Below are positions 19,880-28,728 of a stretch of 55,628 nucleotides of DNA, piece by piece (within the stretch, counting starts at the first letter, position 1; each line of letters begins with the position of its first letter). The position numbers were made by a program, and so were the translations under genes. The DNA comes from Salinispira sp. GTDB taxonomy: Bacteria; Spirochaetota; Spirochaetia; DSM-27196; Salinispiraceae. Under the pieces are notes generated by a model. It did no database searches. It was not told the DNA's origin and worked only from the letters and a program-made list of their open reading frames with translations. The DNA lies in NCBI GenBank assembly GCA_965226555.1, contig CBDDDG010000024.1:1-55628 (forward strand), in the 5' to 3' direction.

Positions 19880-21313
19880 ATGAGCAAACATCATGTGAAA
19901 TTATGTAAAACCAGTTTGGACAATGTTGACTGGAAACAGATAATGCCATCGGAATTACGCGCTCTCCTTGAGTCAGATTCGGATATGAAGACAGATATAG
20001 ATGCTTTCGATGATACTGGCAAAACGGTCCTCATGCGTGCGGCAGCGAAGAATAAAAACCCAGAAATTATTCGCGCGCTCATTGAATGCGGAGCCGATGT
20101 GAACGCCGTCAGTGAAAAAGGCAAAACAGTCCTCATGCGTGCGGCCGCGAAGAATAAAAACCCAGAAATTATTCGCGCGCTCATTGAATGCGGAGCGCAT
20201 ATGACGGCACACAATACGGAGGACGCAATGATCCTCATATTTGAGGCTGCGAGCAATAAAAACCCCGAAATTATTCGGACGCTCATTGAATGCGGAGCCA
20301 ATGTGAACGCCGCCAATACGTACGGCGAAACTGCTCTTACGTTTGCGGCAACTATCAATGACATCGCAAATAGAGCTTCCAAAATTATTCGCAGGCTCAT
20401 TGAATGCGGGGCGCATATAAACGCCGCCAATATGGACGGCGAAACCGCCCTCATACTTGCGCTCCGGTACCATAGCAGCCATAATATCATTCTGACGCTC
20501 ATGAGGGCTGGAGCTAATGTGAATGCATCCGATAGAAACGGCACGACAGCCTTAATGCTTGCAGTGTGGGACAAGCGCAGGCGCAAACTACCTGCCATTC
20601 GCTTGCTCATTGAGGCCGGAGCCAATGTGAACGCCGCCGATAACAATGGTATGCCCGTTCTTATGTTCGCGGTGGAAGAGCAGAGGATCAAGGTTATTCG
20701 CACGCTCATTGAAGCCGGAGCCAATGTGAACGCCGATGATAACGGATTGACAATCCTCATGTTCGCTGCCGAACATAGCAAGACCGCCGATATTATTCAT
20801 ATACTCATTGAAGCCGGAGCGCATGTGAACGCTGCCGACAATAATGCCTTAACAGCGCTTACAATTGCGGTTCTGGTCAAAGCATCGCCCGAAATTATCC
20901 GCGCGCTCATTATGGCCGGAGCCGATGTAAATGCCGCCGATGACGATGGTGTGACCACTCTCATGTTCGCATCCGGAGCCCTTAAGGGCTCCCGCCTCAT
21001 GAGCAAACTTATTCGAGACGGAGCAGATCCGAATACTCCCATGATCAATGAAAATCCCCATATTATCCGCACTCTCATTGAAGCTGGGGCCGATGTAAAT
21101 GCCGTGAGCAAAAAAGGCGGGTCAGCCCTCATGAGCGCGGTTCTGTACAACGAAACTCCCGAAATTATTCGCGCGCTCATTGAATGCGGAGCACATATAA
21201 ACGCTACCGATCGCCGGGGGCGGACAATTCTCGACCGCGCCCGAGCGAAGGGAAAGCGAAATGCGGTACAAATTCTCAGCGAATATGGCGCAAAGTGGGG
21301 TCGGGAGCTCTAA
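19880..21313 (+). CDS. Ankyrin-repeat protein (about 12 repeats)
   Basis: Repeated G.T.L..AA....IIR.LIE.GA.VNA units. The first two units are near-identical at DNA level (99-bp period). Confidence 0.92.
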   Translation: MSKHHVKLCKTSLDNVDWKQIMPSELRALLESDSDMKTDIDAFDDTGKTVLMRAAAKNKNPEIIRALIECGADVNAVSEKGKTVLMRAAAKNKNPEIIRALIECGAHMTAHNTEDAMILIFEAASNKNPEIIRTLIECGANVNAANTYGETALTFAATINDIANRASKIIRRLIECGAHINAANMDGETALILALRYHSSHNIILTLMRAGANVNASDRNGTTALMLAVWDKRRRKLPAIRLLIEAGANVNAADNNGMPVLMFAVEEQRIKVIRTLIEAGANVNADDNGLTILMFAAEHSKTADIIHILIEAGAHVNAADNNALTALTIAVLVKASPEIIRALIMAGADVNAADDDGVTTLMFASGALKGSRLMSKLIRDGADPNTPMINENPHIIRTLIEAGADVNAVSKKGGSALMSAVLYNETPEIIRALIECGAHINATDRRGRTILDRARAKGKRNAVQILSEYGAKWGREL

Positions 21314-21375
21314 TTTTTTTATACTCACTATATCGCAGAGGGTAGGGAGGTGGTGCACTTATGGTTGAATTCGTC
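21314..21375 (-). mobile_element. Isolated IS30 left-end remnant
   Basis: TTATACTCACTATATC.CAGAGGG..GGGAGGTGGTGCACTTATGGTTGAATTCG matches 44691-44745 of the IS30 copy. Confidence 0.85.
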
Positions 21376-21393
21376 ATTCAGCGGATTTTGTGA

Positions 21394-21422
21394 TTGACAG
21401 GGTTTCTGATCGCAATTATATT
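21394..21422 (+). promoter_or_regulatory. Putative sigma70 promoter
   Basis: TTGACA-17 bp-TATATT upstream of ORF 21476. Confidence 0.55.
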
Positions 21423-21475
21423 ATCACTATACTTACGAGACTGTTGCCGCGCAACGATCTCTAATGGAGGATAAC

Positions 21476-22063
21476 ATGGGTATAATCAAACCATCTGCGG
21501 AGCAGGTAGCTGAATATCAGAAGAAGTGGAATGCACCAGAAAATGAGAATTATGTGTTGCAGGAGAGGAGCCTGAAAAAATTATTCACTAAAACCTATCC
21601 GCGAAACGACAATATGGATGATGTTTTCATTAAGGTCTGTTCATTGAACGATTTTTACAGCACGCAAATTTATTGGCCGATCAAGGTAGCTGAGCGCATA
21701 TTTGAGCTGAATATCGACAACCGCCTCGAAAAACGAGATCGGAATCTTGTGAACGATATTGCTACGATTAACATTAAGAATGGGGAAAGTAATAATTTTT
21801 ATTCCTGTGCCACAAAGTACTGCTACCATCATTTTCCGAATGACTACCCAATTTATGACCACTCTGAGGAACAAATGCTCATGCACTTCAAGCGAGCAGA
21901 CGAATTCTGCGAATTCAAAAAAAACGATCTCAAGAACTATCCCAAATATTATGACATTTTGATGGCGTTCAAAACCTTTTATCATCTGGAAGATTTTACC
22001 CTGAAACAAATTGACAGATACCTCTGCTTGGCAGGAAAAGAATACTTTCCCCAAATCTGCTAA
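21476..22063 (+). CDS. Conserved hypothetical protein (possible HhH-like DNA-binding/glycosylase fold)
   Basis: GGAGG SD. Motifs LNDFYST and FYSCATKYC.HH.P.DYPIYD, ending LKQIDRYL. Fold assignment is speculative. Confidence 0.7.
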   Translation: MGIIKPSAEQVAEYQKKWNAPENENYVLQERSLKKLFTKTYPRNDNMDDVFIKVCSLNDFYSTQIYWPIKVAERIFELNIDNRLEKRDRNLVNDIATINIKNGESNNFYSCATKYCYHHFPNDYPIYDHSEEQMLMHFKRADEFCEFKKNDLKNYPKYYDILMAFKTFYHLEDFTLKQIDRYLCLAGKEYFPQIC

Positions 22064-22300
22064 TTCCCGGATGTAGTTCTGCTAATGCTCCGATGAATTC
22101 ATTCTGATCCCACTTTTCGCCCGTTTGAGAAATTCTGCGGGCCTTTTGTAATTTTTGCTTGACGCTTCAGTTTCTCAGTAGGTAAAATACTTAAGTATTC
22201 TGTGATGTGTTGATAATTGCGGATCATGAATGTGTATCAGAGTTCCACCAATGGTCTGAAAAAATTTGTTGGGGAAGTTCTGCAAAAATGGGCAGATGGG

Positions 22301-22329
22301 TTGACACAAACGAATTTTTTGATGATACT
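22301..22329 (+). promoter_or_regulatory. Putative sigma70 promoter for the 22492-23842 gene pair
   Basis: TTGACA-17 bp-GATACT. A second candidate TTGACG-18 bp-TAAAAT lies at 22159-22188. Confidence 0.5.
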
Positions 22330-22491
22330 GGATCACAGTGGAGCTTGAAAAAACGCTATTTCCGTGATGCAGTGTGAAATACCCGTGTTTCCAGAGCTTC
22401 CCAATAATCTTTCCTTCATGTACTATGAAACGAGACCGTTGTCCTGCAATGATCTCAACGAGTATAAAAGGTTTATGGAAAAAAGCACAAT

Positions 22492-23172
22492 ATGATAAAT
22501 GCCATTATAAAGAATAAAGTACCGCGAGACTATGTTAATGAAGATTCACAGACATCGTTTGTATTTGAGTTGATGAGTTATTTACCGCGTGAATTGTTTG
22601 GGCGCATACTAAGAAATTCAATAAACCAGAACCTGCTGAATATTGATTTTACAACCTTGTATGAAATAAGTTTTTGGCCGCATTGGAACTCCCATGGTAC
22701 TGATAATACAAACCATGTGGAACCAGATGTGTTTATTCAGTTCGATGAATATGACATTCTCATTGAGGCAAAAAAATATGATGAAAACCAACAAGACCCA
22801 AACCAATGGAAAAAGCAAATACGAGCGTATCAAAACGAATATGGAGAGGATAATAAAACCCTGATTTTTATTGCTCTCGGTGGAATATGGAAAAATAAGG
22901 CAGAATCACTCACGGTTAACAATTGCAAATACACAATAGTAAAATGCAGGTGGGCGTCTATTCTTAATAGCGTTAAACAGGTTCAGAAAGAAAAAGAGAT
23001 TGAGCAACCCACGCGTTTTGTATTAGCTAATTTAATTGTAGTATTTCAACAAATATTTGAATTTTTGAACTTCTGTTGGTTTGAATCGCTTGAATATGAA
23101 AAACTGAGCGAACCGGATAAAAGTATTAATTTTTTTGTGAAAGAAAAAGTATTTGGAGGGTTGTGTGAATAA
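22492..23172 (+). CDS. Putative PD-(D/E)XK nuclease-family protein
   Basis: EDSQTSFVF, FWPHW, VEPDVFI...ILIEAKK...Q...QW..Q. Confidence 0.7.
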   Translation: MINAIIKNKVPRDYVNEDSQTSFVFELMSYLPRELFGRILRNSINQNLLNIDFTTLYEISFWPHWNSHGTDNTNHVEPDVFIQFDEYDILIEAKKYDENQQDPNQWKKQIRAYQNEYGEDNKTLIFIALGGIWKNKAESLTVNNCKYTIVKCRWASILNSVKQVQKEKEIEQPTRFVLANLIVVFQQIFEFLNFCWFESLEYEKLSEPDKSINFFVKEKVFGGLCE

Positions 23173-23842
23173 AGATGAATTTAAAACAGCTTTAGTGGAT
23201 GTACGAAGAGCATACAGGTTACTCTATGGGTATCAAAGACGTGTGTTGGACATAGTGAAGTATATTGCTCAGAAACTGTCATTACATTTTGAAGGTGGTA
23301 GGAGTCAATTTAGTAACCATGCGAAGGAAGGCAAAGCAGTTAACTTATGTTGCTGGGCGTGGGACTGGTTACCTTTTTATGTATATGAATTTCGATTTGC
23401 TGAGAATAATGGTGTCATATTCTCTATAATTCTTCAGAGTGACTCAGGTTATTATGAGTCAGATGTTTCAGATTATGAGGATTCAGATTATGATGAGGGA
23501 AGGTGGAGATTAGATGTTGCAAATTTCACTAGTCCTGAAGACAGTAGTACGAGATTATATTTTGCGGCGACAAAGGGTTTTTCCGAAAAGCAACGAAAAG
23601 ATTTTCTGGTAGAAAAAGAGGAAGATAATTTTGCAAACAACGACCCTGTGTATAAAGAGATGCAAAAAAACAAGAAAGGACTGCTGAAGCCATATTGCCT
23701 GACAGAATTTCTCAATGAAGAATCAACAATAAAAGTAATCTATGATTTTTTGAAATGTTCTGAGGAGAAGGGCATGAAAATTTGTGATGATAATATAAAA
23801 AATCAGATACGCTCGGAAATATATGTTCTTGCTTCGATTTAA
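23165..23842 (+). CDS. Hypothetical protein, 3' end abutted/truncated by IS3 copy 2
   Basis: GGAGGG SD + GTG overlapping the previous stop. VRRAYRLLYGYQRRVLD and WAWDWLP motifs. Stop codon lies inside the IS inverted repeat. Confidence 0.7.
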   Translation: MNKDEFKTALVDVRRAYRLLYGYQRRVLDIVKYIAQKLSLHFEGGRSQFSNHAKEGKAVNLCCWAWDWLPFYVYEFRFAENNGVIFSIILQSDSGYYESDVSDYEDSDYDEGRWRLDVANFTSPEDSSTRLYFAATKGFSEKQRKDFLVEKEEDNFANNDPVYKEMQKNKKGLLKPYCLTEFLNEESTIKVIYDFLKCSEEKGMKICDDNIKNQIRSEIYVLASI

Positions 23843-23886
23843 CGGACACTCTTCTAAGCACGATACTATAGGGAGAGGAGAGTGTT

Positions 23887-24177
23887 ATGGAAACACGGAA
23901 AGTCAGAAAATTCTATGCTGAGGATTTTAAGGAACAGGCTGTGGAGCTTGCCAAAGAAATTGGCACGAAGCAGGCGACGGAAAAGCTGGGTATAGCAAGT
24001 TATCATACCCTCGCGAAATGGGTTCGGAACGACCAGAAAGGTCCCGAGTTTCGGGAACTTCAGGAAGCCCTGGCCGAGAACAAACGATTGAGAAAGGAAC
24101 TGCGCGCCGAGAAAAAGGCGGTGGCAATACTCAATGATGCAATGGTTTTTTTTTGCAGAAAGGAGAGCCTGAAATGA
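23887..24177 (+). CDS. IS3 transposase OrfA
   Basis: Protein identical to 13820-14110. GAGGAG SD. Confidence 0.93.
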   Translation: METRKVRKFYAEDFKEQAVELAKEIGTKQATEKLGIASYHTLAKWVRNDQKGPEFRELQEALAENKRLRKELRAEKKAVAILNDAMVFFCRKESLK

Positions 24178-25058
24178 AGTATCGAGGAATTGAGCAGCTG
24201 AAGCAGACCGGACATGCTGTTGCACCATGCTGCAAACTTCTGAAGGTGTCCAGCTCGGGATTCTATGACTGGCTTAAGAGAGAACCGTCCAAAAACACCC
24301 GCAGGGATGATGAGCTTACGGGTAAAATCCTGCGTGTGTATACTGAAAATAAGGGATGCTACGGTTCGCCCCGAATTCACCGGCTGCTGCATCTTCATGG
24401 TGAAGCAATCGGGAGGAACCGAGTCGCCCGGCTTATGAGGGAATCGGGGCTCAATGCGGGGAGAACGAAGGCATATCGCCCGCGAACAACAATGAGCAAT
24501 CCATCCCAGAAGAAGTCTCCGCGGGTGTTTCGCATTGAAAGCTCCACGGTTACGAAAGCGAATGAGGTCTGGGCATCGGACCTCACGTACCTGCCCGCCG
24601 GCGCAGGATTTGCGTACCTTGTTGTGGTTCTGGACATCTATACCCGGGAAATTACGGGCTGGAATGTCAGTGATTCCATGGAGAGCACACAGACGGAAAA
24701 GGCTCTGTTACAGGCCGTACGGAGAACTCCCGGGGAGTTGAATAGCTTGGTCTTTCATTCAGATCAGGGAACGCAGTATTGCGCGCAGAGCATTCGAGAC
24801 AAACTGGAAATGTTACATATTACCCAGTCGATGTCGAGAAGGGGGAATTGCTACGATAATGCCTTTGTGGAAAGTTTTTTCCACACGCTGAAGAATGAGC
24901 TTGGTAAGCCGAGGTTTCAGAACCTTCAGGAGGCGCGGAAGATAGTTTTTGAATACATCAACTGGTATAACCGAGAGAGGCTTCATTCTTCTCTTGACTA
25001 TATGAGTCCGATGAATTATGCTTTGAAAACAGCAGGAGAATCCTGTTGTGTTGCTTAG
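24174..25058 (+). CDS. IS3 transposase OrfB (DDE)
   Basis: DDE motifs as in copy 1. In the -1 frame relative to OrfA, with T9 run at 24146-24154. Confidence 0.95.
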   Translation: MKYRGIEQLKQTGHAVAPCCKLLKVSSSGFYDWLKREPSKNTRRDDELTGKILRVYTENKGCYGSPRIHRLLHLHGEAIGRNRVARLMRESGLNAGRTKAYRPRTTMSNPSQKKSPRVFRIESSTVTKANEVWASDLTYLPAGAGFAYLVVVLDIYTREITGWNVSDSMESTQTEKALLQAVRRTPGELNSLVFHSDQGTQYCAQSIRDKLEMLHITQSMSRRGNCYDNAFVESFFHTLKNELGKPRFQNLQEARKIVFEYINWYNRERLHSSLDYMSPMNYALKTAGESCCVA

Positions 25059-28000
25059 CGGATTGTCCGAATTTTCGAAGCAAGATCAACCTCCACTTGC
25101 TCCAGATGCTCCCACACTCACCGTGAGAAATGGGCAGCTTGGCGTTGAATGGACTGAACCGAACAACGGTGGGAGCGCAATTAACGAGTATCATCTTCGC
25201 TATCGCGCGAACGATAGTGGAAGCTGGACAGATATTACCGAAGAAAACATTACCGGCACAAGCCACATTATTTCAGGGCTGGTAAACGGTACCAGCTATG
25301 TTGTGCAGGTGCGCGCCGTCAATGTTGCGGGTGCTGGATCGTGGTCAGATAAATCCGAAGAAACCCCTCTTGGACCTCCGATCGCTCTGGATGCTCCCAC
25401 ACTCACAGTAGGAAACACCCAGCTTAGCGTGGCATGGAGCGCTCCGGTCGATAACGGCGGCAGCGCCATTACCCGGTATCAGCTACAGTATCGTACAGGT
25501 GGGGGAGCATGGATGCCTATCACCTCCGGTATCGGCACAAGCACCAGCCACACCATTACCGGTCTCACAAACGGCGATAGTTACCATGTGCAGGTACGCG
25601 CTGTGAATGTTCAGGGATCGGGTGCATGGTCTACATCCGCAACAGCAATGTTGCCGGTCATTGCGAGACAGGTTCCGTCTGGTACGGAGACAGTCGCAAT
25701 TCTTTCGGCTGCCATTTATAACCAAATTGCCAATGAAAACTTAACCGTTTCTTTAACTACGGCTACTTCCCCGAGCTCAACAGTTACCCTGCCGACAGTT
25801 GATCCGAGTACCGGAGTTATTACGGTTACCGCAAGGACAACAGCCGGAACATATGTGGTATCGGGGGAAGACGGAGTGGAAACTGAACAGTTTTCCGAGT
25901 ATTTTTATGTTACCGAGAGTCCTACAACTAACGCTGAACTGAAAACAGCGGTAACTGATGGAATATCAAACTGGGGCAATACTGCTAACCTCAACTACAT
26001 TATTACCACTACAGTAACGGATATGTCCTATATGTTCTATAGCGTAAGTGCATTCAACGGTGATATCTCGGGCTGGGATACTGGTGCGGTAACGAATATG
26101 AGCTATATGTTCAATGGCGCAAGCGCATTCAGTCAAAATCTTGAGGAGTGGAAGGATCATTGGACGCTCGGCTATGGCAACAAATATACCGGATACACAA
26201 CAGATATGTTTGTGGATTCCGGCGTGGACGGTACTGAGCCCTCATGGTATGGGCCCATCATTGCAACGCAGATTCCTTCTGGTACGCCCATATCCGCAAT
26301 TCTTTCGGCTGCCATTTATAACCAAATTGCCGATGATAATTTAATCGTTTCTTTAACTACGGTTACTTCCCCGATTTCAACAGTTACCCTGCCGACAGTT
26401 GATCCGAGTACCGGAGTTATTATGGCTACCGCACATACAACGGCAGGAACATATGTGGTATCTGGCGAAGACGGTGGTGGAACTGAACAGTTTTCCGAGT
26501 ATTTTTATGTTACCGAGAGTCCTACTAATAGCGAAATTGGCACTACGGTAGGTACTGGGAGGTCAACTTGGGGAAATACTGCCAATCTTAACTACATTAT
26601 TACCACTGATGTAACGGATATGTCCTATATGTTCTATAGCGCAAGTGCATTCAACGGTGATATCTCGGGATGGGATGTCAGTAAGGTAACGAATATGTCC
26701 GTTATGTTCCATAGCGCAAGTGCATTCAACGGTGATATCTCGGGATGGGATGTCAGTAAGGTAACGAATATGTCCGTTATGTTCCATAGCGCAAGTGCAT
26801 TCAACGGTGATATCTCGGGATGGGATGTCAGTAAGGTAACGGATATGTCCTATATGTTCTATAGCGCAAGTGCATTCAACGGTGATATCTCGGGATGGGA
26901 TGTCAGTAAGGTATGGAATATGTCAGGGATGTTCAATTACGCAAGTGTATTCAACGGTGATATCTCGGGCTGGAATGTCAGTAAGGTAAGGAATATGTCA
27001 CGGATGTTCTATGACGCAAGTGTATTCAACGGTGATATCTCGGGCTGGAATGTCAGTAAGGTAGGGGGTATGTCACGGATGTTCTATGACGCAAACGCAT
27101 TCAATAAGGATATTTCCAACTGGAATGTCAGTTCGGTAACGAATATGTCTTATATGTTCTTTGGCGCAGACGCATTCAATGGGGATATTTCCGGTTGGGA
27201 TACCGGGGCAGTAACGAATATGAGCTATATGTTCAATGGCGCAAGCGCATTCAGTCAAAATCTTGAGGAATGGAAGGATCATTGGACGCTCGGCTATGGC
27301 AACAAATATACCGGATACACAACAGATATGTTTGTGGATTCCGGCGTGGACGGTACTGAGCCCTCATGGTATGGGCCCATCATTGCAACGCAGATTCCTT
27401 CTGGTACGCCCATATCCGCAATTCTTTCGGATGCCATTTATAACCAAATTGTCGCTGATAACTTAACCGTTTCTTTAACTACGATTACTTCCCCGAGCTC
27501 AACAGTTACCCTGCCGACAGTTGATCCGAGTACCGGAGTTATTACGGTTACCGCAAGGACAACAGCCGGAATATATGTGGTATCTGGCGAAGACGGCGGT
27601 GGAACTGAACAGTTTTCCGAACATTTCTCTGTTACCGTAAGTCCTACAACTAACGCTGAACTGAAAACAGCGGTAACTGATGGAATATCAAACTGGGGCA
27701 ATACTGCTAACCTCAACTACATTATTACCACTGATGTAACGAATATGTCCTATATGTTCTATAGCGCAAGTGCATTTAACGGCGACATCTCGGACTGGGA
27801 CGTCAGTTCGGTAACGAATATGTTTGCGATGTTTCAGCTAGCAGAGGCATTCAATGGCGATATCTCAAATTGGGATGTCAGTTTGGTAGCGGATATGACC
27901 TCTATGTTCTCTGGAGCAGAGGCATTCAATGGCGACATCTCGGATTGGGATGTCAGTTCGGTAACGAATATGTTAGCGATGTTCCGTGGTGCAAACACAT

Positions 28001-28728
28001 TCAATGGCGATATCTCAAATTGGGATGTCAGTTCGGTAACGAATATGTTAGCGATGTTCACTCGCGCAGACGCATTCAATGGTGATATTTCCGGTTGGGA
28101 TACCGGGGCGGTAACGACTATGAGCTATATGTTCAATGGCGCAAACGCATTCAATAAGGATATTTCCAACTGGAATGTCAGTTCGGTAACGAATATGTCT
28201 TATATGTTCTCTGGCGCAGAGGCATTCAATGGCGACATCTCGGATTGGGATGTCAGTAAGGTAACGAATATGACCTCTATGTTCAGTGGTGCAAACGTAT
28301 TCAATGGCGACATCTCGGATTGGGATGTCAGTAAGGTAACGAATATGACCTCTATGTTCAGTGGCGCAAACGCATTCAATAGGGATATTTCCAACTGGAA
28401 TGTTAGTTTAGTAACGGATATGACCTCTATGTTCAATGGTGCAAACGCATTCAATAAGGATATTTCCAACTGGAATGTTAGTTCGGTAACGAGTATGTAC
28501 CAGATGTTCTATTACGCAAGCGCATTCAATAGCGATATCTCCGGATGGGATGTCAGTTCGGTAACGAATATGGAGCAAATGTTTTATTATGCAAGAGCAT
28601 TCAGTCAGAATCTTGAGGAGTGGAAGGAGCATTTAACGCTTGATGGCCGTGGCAAATACACCGGAGTAAAAACAAATATGTTCCATAATTCCGGCGTAAC
28701 AGGCGATCTGCTGCCGTCATGGTATTAG
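25048..28728 (+). CDS. FN3 (x2) + three tandem spacer/DUF285 modules surface protein, N-terminus (signal peptide) removed by IS3
   Basis: Native sequence starts mid-linker at 25089 (PPLAPDAP). Modules carry 1, 8 and 11 DUF285 repeats plus caps. No lipobox, unlike its paralogues. Confidence 0.85.
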   Translation: MLLSGLSEFSKQDQPPLAPDAPTLTVRNGQLGVEWTEPNNGGSAINEYHLRYRANDSGSWTDITEENITGTSHIISGLVNGTSYVVQVRAVNVAGAGSWSDKSEETPLGPPIALDAPTLTVGNTQLSVAWSAPVDNGGSAITRYQLQYRTGGGAWMPITSGIGTSTSHTITGLTNGDSYHVQVRAVNVQGSGAWSTSATAMLPVIARQVPSGTETVAILSAAIYNQIANENLTVSLTTATSPSSTVTLPTVDPSTGVITVTARTTAGTYVVSGEDGVETEQFSEYFYVTESPTTNAELKTAVTDGISNWGNTANLNYIITTTVTDMSYMFYSVSAFNGDISGWDTGAVTNMSYMFNGASAFSQNLEEWKDHWTLGYGNKYTGYTTDMFVDSGVDGTEPSWYGPIIATQIPSGTPISAILSAAIYNQIADDNLIVSLTTVTSPISTVTLPTVDPSTGVIMATAHTTAGTYVVSGEDGGGTEQFSEYFYVTESPTNSEIGTTVGTGRSTWGNTANLNYIITTDVTDMSYMFYSASAFNGDISGWDVSKVTNMSVMFHSASAFNGDISGWDVSKVTNMSVMFHSASAFNGDISGWDVSKVTDMSYMFYSASAFNGDISGWDVSKVWNMSGMFNYASVFNGDISGWNVSKVRNMSRMFYDASVFNGDISGWNVSKVGGMSRMFYDANAFNKDISNWNVSSVTNMSYMFFGADAFNGDISGWDTGAVTNMSYMFNGASAFSQNLEEWKDHWTLGYGNKYTGYTTDMFVDSGVDGTEPSWYGPIIATQIPSGTPISAILSDAIYNQIVADNLTVSLTTITSPSSTVTLPTVDPSTGVITVTARTTAGIYVVSGEDGGGTEQFSEHFSVTVSPTTNAELKTAVTDGISNWGNTANLNYIITTDVTNMSYMFYSASAFNGDISDWDVSSVTNMFAMFQLAEAFNGDISNWDVSLVADMTSMFSGAEAFNGDISDWDVSSVTNMLAMFRGANTFNGDISNWDVSSVTNMLAMFTRADAFNGDISGWDTGAVTTMSYMFNGANAFNKDISNWNVSSVTNMSYMFSGAEAFNGDISDWDVSKVTNMTSMFSGANVFNGDISDWDVSKVTNMTSMFSGANAFNRDISNWNVSLVTDMTSMFNGANAFNKDISNWNVSSVTSMYQMFYYASAFNSDISGWDVSSVTNMEQMFYYARAFSQNLEEWKEHLTLDGRGKYTGVKTNMFHNSGVTGDLLPSWY
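26070..27620 (+). repeat. Internal module duplication (about 430 bp, offset 1122 bp)
   Basis: Cap + spacer sequence at ~26070-26500 recurs at ~27190-27620 (near-identical shadow ORFs 26114-26344 and 27236-27466). Confidence 0.85.

Larger units (their letters stand above)
23824..25088 (+). mobile_element. IS3-family insertion sequence, copy 2 (1265 bp, no target duplication)
   Basis: Near-identical inverted copy of 12909-14173. Seen differences: IR TGTTCTT vs TGATCTT and OrfB Arg vs Cys. Flanks TATA and ACCT do not match. Confidence 0.96.

Noticed and set aside
19891..20781. 296-aa antisense ORF over the ankyrin gene, and 29670-30866 over the helicase
   Set aside because: Antisense shadows of clearly identifiable genes, with no motifs of their own.
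9769..23842. Integron cassette array
   Set aside because: Genes are mostly overlapping or coupled, no attC-like repeats were recognised, and there is no integron integrase.
25048..28728. Diversity-generating retroelement behind the DUF285 variation
   Set aside because: No reverse transcriptase or non-coding template repeat in the window, and the differences do not look adenine-specific.
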